DNA from: an uncultured Oscillospiraceae bacterium
GTDB lineage: Bacteria > Bacillota > Clostridia > Oscillospirales > Oscillospiraceae
Direction of reading: 5' to 3'
DNA: 64,000 nucleotides
NCBI GenBank assembly: GCA_964583135.1
Contig: CAZOVE010000001.1
Coordinates: 8,622 to 72,621, forward strand
The position numbers and the translations under genes are program-made. The first letter of the stretch is position 1, and the number at the start of each line of letters is the position of its first letter. The notes under the pieces are model-generated. The model was given only the letters and a program-made list of their open reading frames with translations. It searched no databases and was not told where the DNA came from. Positions 27,140-36,178 of the stretch are shown here, one piece after another.

Positions 27140-28209
27140 ATCGGCACCTCTGCCAAACAACTACATTTCACCTGTGCTGTCGGTGTTTGCACATATTCGG
27201 GCATGGTATCTTCGCACTCGGGATGCGCATACACACAACGATCATAGAAGGGGCATCCATTGTTTCGATCGATTAGATTGCCCACGTCCATGCTCTTAAG
27301 CAGGATCTCTCGCTCTTGCCGTGCCAGTACCGGATCCGGCATAGGCACAGCGCTTAGCAACGCCTGTGTGTAGGGATGGCGCGGGTTGGAAATAACCGCA
27401 TCCACGCCGCCCAATTCCACGATCTCGCCTAAATACATAATGCAGATCCGACCATTTTGCCCAATATAGCGGGCCGTAGAAAGGTCGTGGGTAATATAAA
27501 CAAAGGCAATACCCAACTGGTTATTCAATTTTTTCATCAGATCCAGAATGGACAAGCGCAAACTGACGTCGATCATGGAAACCGGTTCGTCTGCCACGAT
27601 CAATTTGGGATCCAGCGAGATGGCACGAGCCATCAGTATCCTCTGACGCTGACCGCCAGACAACTGATGAGGGAATTTGTACAGGTACAACTCCGAAGGC
27701 AGCATACCCACCAAGCCCAAAACCTCTTCCATTCTAGCTTCCACTTCTGCCTGATTCCAGTCGGGATACTTGTTAGAGATGGGTGCATACAGGGATTGAT
27801 AAATGGTACGGGCAGGGTTCAGCGCCGCATAGCTGTCCTGTTGCACAAACTGAACGCTGTTTTCGAATTCCGCCAGACGCGCTTTATTTTCCGCCGCCAG
27901 TTTCTTTCTTTGCGCCTTTTGTTCCGGCGTTTCCCGTCGCCGCAGTCCGTCTGTCAGGCCCTGCAACGTGGTGCGGTAAACATTCTTCCCGTTGAAGAGA
28001 AGTTGTCCCCGGGTAGGCTTCAAAAGACCGGTAATGATCTTACCGATGGTGGTCTTGCCACAGCCGCTTTCGCCTACCAAAACCACGATTTCCCCTGCTT
28101 CAATGTTCAGATTGATATTGCGCAGGACATGGATCTTCTTGTCCGGCTCCAGAAACTTGCCTTTCTTTTCAAAGGACATGGAAATATCCCGCAATTCTAG
28201 CAAACTCAT
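27121..28209 (-). CDS. Opp/Dpp-type ABC transporter ATPase (OppF-like)
   Basis: GESGCGKT, LSGGQRQR, ADEP, HPYT and a C-terminal Cys cluster. Confidence 0.93.
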   Translation of the reverse strand: MSLLELRDISMSFEKKGKFLEPDKKIHVLRNINLNIEAGEIVVLVGESGCGKTTIGKIITGLLKPTRGQLLFNGKNVYRTTLQGLTDGLRRRETPEQKAQRKKLAAENKARLAEFENSVQFVQQDSYAALNPARTIYQSLYAPISNKYPDWNQAEVEARMEEVLGLVGMLPSELYLYKFPHQLSGGQRQRILMARAISLDPKLIVADEPVSMIDVSLRLSILDLMKKLNNQLGIAFVYITHDLSTARYIGQNGRICIMYLGEIVELGGVDAVISNPRHPYTQALLSAVPMPDPVLARQEREILLKSMDVGNLIDRNNGCPFYDRCVYAHPECEDTMPEYVQTPTAQVKCSCLAEVPIWKKTP

Positions 28210-29204
28210 GTCCGGTCCTCCTTTTCGTCAAACAGATGGCACAAGACCCGTTCTCCGGAGGCGGTGATGTGCATTTCGGGTCGTTTTTCCCCACAAATGG
28301 CCATACAATCCCGGCAGCGGGGATGATAAGCGCAGCCCGAAGGCATATCTAGCAGATTGGGTGGAGAACCTTCGATGGGGCGCAGTTCCTCCAGCGGTTT
28401 GATCAAGGAAGGGGTTGCATTGATCAGGCCCCGAGTATAAGGGTGATAGTTGCAAGAGAAAACCTCAAACACGGTTCCATACTCCACGATCTTGCCGCCG
28501 TACATCACGCCAACATAGTCAGCATATCGGGCCACGATGGAAATATCATGGGTCAGAAGCAGCATGGAGATCCCCAATTCTTTGTTGATACGCTTCAAAA
28601 GTTCAAAAATATAGTTCTGTGTGATCACATCTAGCGCCGTGGTGGGTTCATCCAGCAAGATCAGCTCAGGCTCCAGCAGTAGGGCAAAGGCGATCATCAC
28701 CCGTTGCTTCATACCACCAGACAGCTCATGGGGGTAGGCCTCCAGCACCCGATCTGCATCCAAATTCACAAACTCCAGATAATGCCGACTAATCGCCAGC
28801 GCTTCCTCGCGAGATTTAACTGCGTTATGCACGATCAGCGTTTCCTGAAACTGTTCAAAGATGCTCATCACCGGATTCAGTGCGCTCTGTGCGCCCTGAA
28901 ACACCATGGATATATTCTTCCAACGAAAACGCTCCAGCTCCTTTTGTGGGAGGGCTGCCACATCCACCACGCCGTCTTTTCCATAGAACATAACTTTGCC
29001 GGAAGTAATGACACCGGGTTCGGCCAGGCAGTTGAACAAGGATGTTGCCAGTGTGGTCTTGCCGCTGCCGCTTTCGCCTACCAAGGCCGTGATCTTCCCT
29101 CTAGGAATGACGAAATCCACCTCGTCCACCGCGCGGATGTCAAATTTTTTCATCCGATAGTCGATGCAGATGCGCTCGACTTCTATGATGTTTTCTTGTT
29201 TCAT
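28206..29204 (-). CDS. Opp/Dpp-type ABC transporter ATPase (OppD-like)
   Basis: GESGSGKT, YPHELSGGMKQR, LDEPTTALD, GCAYHPRC. Confidence 0.93.
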   Translation of the reverse strand: MKQENIIEVERICIDYRMKKFDIRAVDEVDFVIPRGKITALVGESGSGKTTLATSLFNCLAEPGVITSGKVMFYGKDGVVDVAALPQKELERFRWKNISMVFQGAQSALNPVMSIFEQFQETLIVHNAVKSREEALAISRHYLEFVNLDADRVLEAYPHELSGGMKQRVMIAFALLLEPELILLDEPTTALDVITQNYIFELLKRINKELGISMLLLTHDISIVARYADYVGVMYGGKIVEYGTVFEVFSCNYHPYTRGLINATPSLIKPLEELRPIEGSPPNLLDMPSGCAYHPRCRDCMAICGEKRPEMHITASGERVLCHLFDEKEDRT

Positions 29205-29212
29205 AGCGCACC

Positions 29213-30127
29213 TCAATTCTTCCGCAGTCGGGGATTCAGCGTTTCATCCAGACCGTTTGCCAGATTCACCAGTCCCATTTGGAACAAGGCAATGGCAAAA
29301 ATTGGCGCTAGGCAGAAGGTCAGCGCAGAGTTGATGAGCAATGCGCCACTGTTCATGATGTCATAAAGCATGGCACCCCAGTTGGACGGTTCCATTTCCG
29401 CAACACCAAGGAACATGATGCCTACGCTGCTTGTGATGGCAGAACGCATGATCTGGATCATGTTCACCAGAATATAGCTGGTAACATTCGGGATCAGCTC
29501 GTTGAGAATGATGTGGGATTTTTTCATCTTCATCACACGACAAATCTGGATAAAATCCCGTTCTTTTAGGGAAATGATCTGGGCGCGGATCGCTCGAGCC
29601 AACCCTGGCCAGCTCCAGATACTCAGAATGACCGCAAAGGTCACATTGTCCCGAATGGTGATCAGTGAAGCCATCAGCATCAACACCGGGAAACTGGGAA
29701 TGGTCATGAACATATTGGTCATCATCTGCAGGACTTTGTCCACAACACCGCCCAACAATGCCGATACCATACCGATCATCACACCCAGAATCACCGTAAA
29801 CAGACCGGTCAGAAGCGAGATCACAAAGATATTCTTCGTGCCGTCGATCAGCATCGCCAGTACATCTCTTCCCTGAGAATCACAGCCTAGCAGGAAGCCA
29901 TTGCCCGGCGCAGCAAACTTATAGAGCGGATTACCTAGCGCATCATAAGGCACCAGCAGTGGGCCAACTAGTGCAACAAACAGAAAGAACATCAAAATAA
30001 TCGTACCAGAGGCCGCTTTGGGGTTGCTAAACAGAGTCTTGATGATGTTACATACGCCATTGAAAATCTTCTGCCACAATACCCGGGAACGCTTTGAGGA
30101 GGAAGTATTTCTCGTCTTTGTCGTCAT
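29213..30127 (-). CDS. Opp/Dpp-type ABC permease (OppC-like)
   Basis: LGCDSQGRDV, ARAIRAQIISLKERDF, NWGAML, LNPRLR. Confidence 0.92.
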   Translation of the reverse strand: MTTKTRNTSSSKRSRVLWQKIFNGVCNIIKTLFSNPKAASGTIILMFFLFVALVGPLLVPYDALGNPLYKFAAPGNGFLLGCDSQGRDVLAMLIDGTKNIFVISLLTGLFTVILGVMIGMVSALLGGVVDKVLQMMTNMFMTIPSFPVLMLMASLITIRDNVTFAVILSIWSWPGLARAIRAQIISLKERDFIQICRVMKMKKSHIILNELIPNVTSYILVNMIQIMRSAITSSVGIMFLGVAEMEPSNWGAMLYDIMNSGALLINSALTFCLAPIFAIALFQMGLVNLANGLDETLNPRLRKN

Positions 30128-31191
30128 TACATACTCCTCCTAATCCGCGGATCGATTACAGAATAGAGCATATCCGTAATCAGATTCGCTAAAATCGTGA
30201 TGCCACTGGTGAAAAACAGGATGCCGACGATCATGAAATATTCTCTGGCATTGATATAGCCAGACAGTAATTGACCAATGCCGGGATAATTGAAGATGTT
30301 CTCGATCAATGCTGAGCCGCCAAAGGTCGCTGCAAAGGAAATTGCCAGAGAAGTAACCAGCGGCAGCATGGCATTCTTTCTCAAATACTTACGGATAATG
30401 ATGTTATCCGGGATGCCACGCGCCTTCGCAGCGTATATATAGTCATCACCCATGACGCTGATGCAGCTTCCTTTGACGGACAACGCCCAACCGGAAGCAC
30501 TGATGAACACATAAGCAACGATGGGCAAACAGGCATGATACAACACGTCCAAGATAAAGGGCAGATTAAAGCCCGGAGTAGATACCGACGGGTCATAAGC
30601 CTGACCGGTCGGAAACCAGCGCAGTCGGGTTGCAAAAATAATAAGCAGCAGCAAACCAAAGATAAAATCCGGAAATGCGCCGGAAAGGACGATATAGCCG
30701 GTCCGCAGCCCATTTTTGAGCTTACTCTTCTGATAAGCCAATTTGGAGCCCATCAGCATACCGATGGTAAAGCTGATCACCAAGCTCACCGCCGACAGGA
30801 AGAGTGTCCACGGCAGGAAATTGGCAATAACATCGTTGACACGCAAATTGGGATCATGGAGAGATTGGCCCAAATTACCCTGCAGCAGCTTCATAAAATA
30901 GTTACCAAACTGGACAAATACGGATTCTTCCGGATCATAGCCCAAAATGGTAATTGCCAATTCTCGCGCTTCCTCAAAGGAAATATTGCGTTGAGTCGCC
31001 AATGTCCGGGCATACAGATCCACAGAACTGCCCGGGATCAGCCGAAGCAGGAAAAACAGCAGAAAAATGGTCATGATCAGGGTGATCAGTGCCACGCCCA
31101 AGCTGCGCCATAAATAGCGGTACTTATAGAAAAAGCCGCCGATGGCTCTGCCGCAGATGCGGAAAAATTCTCTCATCTTGCTCATAAACAT
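30127..31191 (-). CDS. Opp/Dpp-type ABC permease (OppB-like)
   Basis: GNLGQS, DYIYAAKARG, IENIFNYPGIG, IDPRIR. Confidence 0.92.
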   Translation of the reverse strand: MFMSKMREFFRICGRAIGGFFYKYRYLWRSLGVALITLIMTIFLLFFLLRLIPGSSVDLYARTLATQRNISFEEARELAITILGYDPEESVFVQFGNYFMKLLQGNLGQSLHDPNLRVNDVIANFLPWTLFLSAVSLVISFTIGMLMGSKLAYQKSKLKNGLRTGYIVLSGAFPDFIFGLLLLIIFATRLRWFPTGQAYDPSVSTPGFNLPFILDVLYHACLPIVAYVFISASGWALSVKGSCISVMGDDYIYAAKARGIPDNIIIRKYLRKNAMLPLVTSLAISFAATFGGSALIENIFNYPGIGQLLSGYINAREYFMIVGILFFTSGITILANLITDMLYSVIDPRIRRSM

Positions 31192-31210
31192 ACCTCATTG
31201 AACAAACGTC

Positions 31211-31241
31211 GGTGCGCAAAGCGTTACCGTTTTGCGCAACC
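31211..31241 (-). other. intergenic stem-loop after the solute-binding gene (possible mRNA stabiliser or partial terminator)
   Basis: GGTGCGCAAAGCG-TTAC-CGTTTTGCGCAACC. Confidence 0.5.
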
Positions 31242-31246
31242 AAACA

Positions 31247-33253
31247 TTATCGCGCGTAGATGATGCCCTCAACGATGGACACCGCTTGGCAGAAACCATT
31301 GTGGATGCTGACATACTCTGCATACTCGTCGTCAGTCGGTTGCGGAATGAAGGTAATATTACGATCCACCGTAAATAGTTCCTCGCTGGGAAGACCGCCA
31401 ATGCGATCCAGATTGAACAAACATCCGGTCACATTTTCGTAGAACATCACACCGTAATTATACTTTGACATGCCTAGCACCACAGAGTTGGCATACTGCT
31501 TCAGCGTTGCATCGTCACAGCAGTAAATCCTGTTATACAGATCCCAGACACGAACCTTACCCAAGGACTGAGAGGGATCATTCATATCCAGCAGATCCAC
31601 TTCCACAGCCCAACGGCCGTCTTCTGCAGTGGGCAAGTGCATCACACCGCACTGAATCATCTCGAAGAAGTGCTTCATACTACCGCCGGGATGGGTGCCA
31701 TAGGTATTCAGTTCGCTGAAGTATACCACAAAGTCATAAATACTATTGGATGCACAAGCTGTGGAGAACCAAGTAGTCATATCATTGCCGCTCTTAAGAA
31801 TGCAGTCAATTCCGAAATTCTCCAGTTGTGCCTTGACCTGTTGGGAAACCATGGACCAAGTATTGTCGTTGATATAACCCAGTGTCAGCGTCACCAGCTC
31901 GCCATTGGCATCGTACCACTTGCCATCCTTTTTGGTCCAGCCTGCCTGCTGCAGATATTCTTCTGCCTTGGCGGTGTCATAGGAATATTCCGCAATGGAA
32001 TTATAAACCTCCGCATCCAGATACTGTCTGGCTTCCACGGGAGACATCACCATCAGGGGTTTCCAAGATGTGACGGCATAGGGGTTGACGGTATTCTTGA
32101 TCTGCTCTCTGTCAAAGATGTACTGGAATGCCAAGCGCACATTGTCATCTGCCCAGATTTCTTTTTCCAGATTGTAGTAAACACCAATACTGCCCTGATC
32201 ATAGGTCTTATAGTGAACAATGCTACCATTGTTGGACAAAATAGAATTCAGCAGTGCCGGTTGCGGACAGCCATCCATGAAGTCCAACAGGCCATTCTGC
32301 ATATCCGAGAAAGCCATGTTGCTGTTGGAATATTGGGTCACAACGATGGAATCAAAACCTACCTGATCGGCGTAGTAATAGTCCTCATTCTTGACCAGCA
32401 CCATCTGGTTTTCGGAAACGGACTGTACTTTGAAGGGGCCGGTTCCCATGTAGTAATAGCCCTCATATTCACCGTCGGGTTGCACCACAGTGGCACGGAA
32501 CTGCTGGTAGATAGAGCCCAATGCGCCCACGATATTGGATGCGTGACGCCCCAGACGTTCTTCACCGTTTCCTTCCGTCTGTTGGGTCACCTTTTCGTTA
32601 GGAACGCCATCGATACCGTTGTAGATCAGATCCAACGACGCATCCACAAAGGCCTTAAACTTGGAATACTGAATGCTACAGTTCTTGGTATCCTGCGCCA
32701 AAAGAACATTCTTCGCATAGTCAGTGGGTTCTTTCCAACTCTTCCACACGATCTTAATGCGCATATCGTCGGAAAGATCGCCGTTGTTGTTATCATCCAG
32801 AACATACATATCGGACACATATGTAGTCAAGGTGGAATACACTAGTGCATAGTAGCTCATGATATCCATAGCCACCACCTTGCCACCGTCGTGCCACTTG
32901 GCGTCATCCCGAATGACGATGACGCTTTCACCGTCCAGAACATCGTCGTTGGGGTCATCATCGGCGTGGACAAAAGCCTCGGCAATCAGATAAGTAAAAT
33001 GATCGGTGTTGCGGGTGTACTGCATACAACCTTCCAAGCAGTACGTACCGATCGGGCCCATATCAGGGCCGGAATGGAAATGGGTACCAACACCGGTCTT
33101 GGTCCAACTGCCAGCAATGCGGAAGGATTTTTCCGTATTGGTTCCGGCTGCAGAATAATCCTTGGAATAGCCCTGCTCGGTCGTAGTGCCACAGCCCGCA
33201 AATACGGACACCACCATCAACAAGACCAACAGGATGCAACATATCTTTTTCAT
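31247..33253 (-). CDS. family 5 (OppA-like) solute-binding lipoprotein
   Basis: Lipobox FAGC; IRDDAKWHDG, GTGPFKV, VRLAFQYIFDR, AEEYLQQAGW. Confidence 0.88.
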   Translation of the reverse strand: MKKICCILLVLLMVVSVFAGCGTTTEQGYSKDYSAAGTNTEKSFRIAGSWTKTGVGTHFHSGPDMGPIGTYCLEGCMQYTRNTDHFTYLIAEAFVHADDDPNDDVLDGESVIVIRDDAKWHDGGKVVAMDIMSYYALVYSTLTTYVSDMYVLDDNNNGDLSDDMRIKIVWKSWKEPTDYAKNVLLAQDTKNCSIQYSKFKAFVDASLDLIYNGIDGVPNEKVTQQTEGNGEERLGRHASNIVGALGSIYQQFRATVVQPDGEYEGYYYMGTGPFKVQSVSENQMVLVKNEDYYYADQVGFDSIVVTQYSNSNMAFSDMQNGLLDFMDGCPQPALLNSILSNNGSIVHYKTYDQGSIGVYYNLEKEIWADDNVRLAFQYIFDREQIKNTVNPYAVTSWKPLMVMSPVEARQYLDAEVYNSIAEYSYDTAKAEEYLQQAGWTKKDGKWYDANGELVTLTLGYINDNTWSMVSQQVKAQLENFGIDCILKSGNDMTTWFSTACASNSIYDFVVYFSELNTYGTHPGGSMKHFFEMIQCGVMHLPTAEDGRWAVEVDLLDMNDPSQSLGKVRVWDLYNRIYCCDDATLKQYANSVVLGMSKYNYGVMFYENVTGCLFNLDRIGGLPSEELFTVDRNITFIPQPTDDEYAEYVSIHNGFCQAVSIVEGIIYAR

Positions 33254-33289
33254 ATTTCTGTTCGTTCCTTTCCGCCGGATGGTCTGGGA

Positions 33290-35059
33290 TCATTCCCCTG
33301 CCACCGCAAATTCTTCAGGGTTGTTGGCGTTGCTAACGAAGCCCATGCTGCAAATCAGCATCTGATCGTTCTTACCTTCGATCAAGTGACCGAATCCGTC
33401 ATCTTCATACATAGCATCACATTCGATAAAGATGATCACATCCCGATCTCTCCACTGTTCGGGAATGGTGAAGAAGAAAATATCCTCACCGATATTGTAA
33501 TCCGGTACACCGGGGATGATGATCCAGCCGGTGGTGGGATCAAATGCGCCGTTTTCGTAAGTCGCCTTATCCTCTACACTTCTGTCTTCCATCACGGTGA
33601 AACCGGGAACCGTCTGTCCGTTGGCATCCAAGAAGATCTGCTGTGTCAGGTCATTCTTGTCTACCAACCGAATGCGGAACTTCGCTTTGCCGGAGACGTT
33701 CTGATTGGACTGCGTCCGCAACTGCGCACGGAATGTGGTAGCGGCTGCAGGCACATGAACGGTGTTGAAAATATAGCAGTTGGTCTGTTCGTTATCCAGA
33801 GGCCAATCCCATGGGGTATATACCGTACAGTAGCCGCCATCTTCGATATAGGCGTTGTTGCCCTGATTGGGATTCATCTTGGAGCTCCACTCTGTTCCAT
33901 CCAAGCCATGATAGAACAGGGTCAGGTTGCCTACAGGTTCCTGCACGCTGTAGAACAGGGAATCGTTCTTCGGAGTGGGATTGAGGTTAAAGTCCCACCA
34001 ACCGGTGTAATCCACCTCAGTTTGCAGTTCATCGGCAGTCAAATTCAGTCCATCGATGATGTAACCTGCGGCAGGATTGATTTTAACCAGAATGCTCTTA
34101 GTAATCTCGGTACCCTGAATGGACACCGTCAGCACCGCTTCGCCGACGCCATTGATCTGCAGATATGCCTGACCGGCGGCCTCAACTGCTTCACCGGTTG
34201 CATTGACGGCAACGATATCGCAGACCTCCGGATTAGAGCTACTAAAGACACAGTCGCCAACCGAGCCCACCGGACGAGTCTCCGCCACGAAGAACAGGTG
34301 CTGGAATTGGCTATCATCCAAATTAAATTCATAAACATAGCTAGTCGGCTTCTGTGCACCGTTGGAGGACAGGCGCACTGCGATACCGGTCGCCTGATTA
34401 CGGGTAAAGGTTATGGTCGCAGAATCCTTCACCTCGGCATTGTCAGCAGAGGTCGCGGTGACGGTATAGGTCGCATCGATGTCCACATTTGGGCTGGCAA
34501 TGACAATACCCTGCGCATTGACCGTCACCAGCGAATCCGCAGGTTCGATGGACCACAGGACCGTCTTGTTTCCGGCATTTTCCGGTCCTACACTCACAAA
34601 ACCAGACAGGTCCAGCATACCGGGGTCATTGGTCGGCACAGTAACACAGTAGCTTTCCTCGCTGAAGGTCAAAGAGGTCACATGAATCGTGGGATTTACG
34701 GTGACGGTGATCGCATCCGATACTTCACCGGCCGTTGCAGTCACTGTCGCAGTGCCCTCGCCCACGATATGTAGCAAACCTTCTTCGGAAACGGTCACGA
34801 CCTTGTCATCACTACTGGTCCAGACCACCGTCTTGTCGGTTGCGTTACTGGGGCGAACCGTGGCCGACAGAGGGATGTCTCTGCCTTCTGTGGATAGTGT
34901 CAGTGCGCCATTATTGACGCCGGTGCCGCTGATGGACACGCCCGTCACCTTCACGGTATTCGCATCGGGGTCTTCCGTGGGGCCACAAGCCGTCAACACC
35001 ATCGTCAGCAGAAGCATATAGGCCACGATCCGAACGAAATGTCGATTTTTCATTTTCAT
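33290..35059 (-). CDS. lipoprotein with Big_2 (bacterial Ig-like group 2) repeats and a C-terminal domain distantly resembling the repeated domain
   Basis: Lipobox LTAC; LSATVRPSNATDKTVVWTSSD..VTV and two further Ig-like repeats. Confidence 0.85.
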   Translation of the reverse strand: MKMKNRHFVRIVAYMLLLTMVLTACGPTEDPDANTVKVTGVSISGTGVNNGALTLSTEGRDIPLSATVRPSNATDKTVVWTSSDDKVVTVSEEGLLHIVGEGTATVTATAGEVSDAITVTVNPTIHVTSLTFSEESYCVTVPTNDPGMLDLSGFVSVGPENAGNKTVLWSIEPADSLVTVNAQGIVIASPNVDIDATYTVTATSADNAEVKDSATITFTRNQATGIAVRLSSNGAQKPTSYVYEFNLDDSQFQHLFFVAETRPVGSVGDCVFSSSNPEVCDIVAVNATGEAVEAAGQAYLQINGVGEAVLTVSIQGTEITKSILVKINPAAGYIIDGLNLTADELQTEVDYTGWWDFNLNPTPKNDSLFYSVQEPVGNLTLFYHGLDGTEWSSKMNPNQGNNAYIEDGGYCTVYTPWDWPLDNEQTNCYIFNTVHVPAAATTFRAQLRTQSNQNVSGKAKFRIRLVDKNDLTQQIFLDANGQTVPGFTVMEDRSVEDKATYENGAFDPTTGWIIIPGVPDYNIGEDIFFFTIPEQWRDRDVIIFIECDAMYEDDGFGHLIEGKNDQMLICSMGFVSNANNPEEFAVAGE

Positions 35060-35174
35060 ATAGACCTCCTTTGATATTCAATAAACGATTGGTATCTCTC
35101 ACTGTTACACATCTTCTGTAAGGTTGGAAGATGACGAGGCGTTCCCCTCGCTTTCTCCATAGGAAACCCCTGCG

Positions 35175-35198
35175 TCGCTGCCCCCGCAGGGGCAGCGA
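35175..35198 (-). other. GC-rich intergenic hairpin
   Basis: TCGCTGCCCC-CGCA-GGGGCAGCGA; no U-tract on the minus strand. Confidence 0.5.
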
Positions 35199-35220
35199 AC
35201 AGGAATCATATAAAAGAAGA

Positions 35221-36147
35221 TTATGCAGCCAGGAACATGACTCTCTTGATGATGACGCACTCGGGCATCACTTCGCCGGCGGGAACGCCCTCGGCAGCCT
35301 CGGTGTATTCATCACCCAGAATCAAGCCCAAACCGACGGACTCAATGACAATGACCACGTCTTCCTTGCCGGCAAGGTCAGCCATATCATAGATGATCAT
35401 GCAGTTATCGAGAACATCGGGGATGCTCCAGATACCGTTGGCAAATTCCACAGTACCCTTTTCTTCGTTGAACTTGGTGGTCTGATTGCCAATAAAGGTG
35501 TCCGCAACGGGGGTAAATACGTGCTTGACGTATTCGCCGTTTTCGTTCTTATACAGAGCCACGGCACGGATAGCGCCGGAGCCGGACCAATCGTAGTTGG
35601 TATTAGAAACGCCCCAAATGCGGAACTGGGTCATATCCGCCGGAATATCCAACTTGTTGTACATATAGGCGATGTTGCCCTCGCCCTTGGTCCACAGTTG
35701 CACGCCCCAACCGGCATTGTCGGTCAAAACAGCACCTTCTGCGCCCTGCAGGCCCAGACGCCAAATAACCTGTTCTGCGGAAGCAGTACCGGCAAAGTCA
35801 GCCTTCGTAGCATTGTGTTCCAAGGTGGCATTGCCTTCCCAACCGAAGTTCCAATCCACTTCCATGTGCTTCTGGAACACATCGGCAGTGACCTTGGGCA
35901 GGCTATCCAGATAGACGTCGGTCATGCCCAAGTAAACTTCCTGACCCTCAGATCCGGTAGGTTGGGATTCCGTGGGTGTGGGATCCGTGGGCGCAGGATC
36001 GGACTGTGAGGGTTCGGGATCCGTTGCAGCGGGATCGGACTGTGAGGGCTGGGGATCATTGCTGGGGTTAGGCTCCGCAGGATCACAGGCTGCCAGAGAA
36101 AGCAGCATGATCAGCGCAAGGAGCATTGCAATAATTTTACGGGTCAT
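35221..36147 (-). CDS. lipoprotein: Pro/Ser/Thr linker plus a stand-alone repeated domain
   Basis: Lipobox LAAC; PSQSDP repeats; domain with WNFGW, KADFAGTA, NAGWGV, NIAYMYNK, VIIKRVMFL. Confidence 0.85.
   Translation of the reverse strand: MTRKIIAMLLALIMLLSLAACDPAEPNPSNDPQPSQSDPAATDPEPSQSDPAPTDPTPTESQPTGSEGQEVYLGMTDVYLDSLPKVTADVFQKHMEVDWNFGWEGNATLEHNATKADFAGTASAEQVIWRLGLQGAEGAVLTDNAGWGVQLWTKGEGNIAYMYNKLDIPADMTQFRIWGVSNTNYDWSGSGAIRAVALYKNENGEYVKHVFTPVADTFIGNQTTKFNEEKGTVEFANGIWSIPDVLDNCMIIYDMADLAGKEDVVIVIESVGLGLILGDEYTEAAEGVPAGEVMPECVIIKRVMFLAA
35980..36048. repeat. imperfect 36 bp coding tandem duplication (PSQSDPAxTDP linker)
   Basis: GGATCGGACTGTGAGGG and GGGATCCGT each recur at 36 bp spacing. 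Confidence 0.7.
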
Positions 36148-36178
36148 TTTTCTTTCCTCCTAATATTGATTGTACATT

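Noticed and set aside
32891..34774. Long + strand ORFs (627 aa here; also 1403-2467, 12571-13899, 31637-32845, 37660-38796)
   Set aside because: Antisense shadows of well-supported minus-strand genes; no recognisable motifs.
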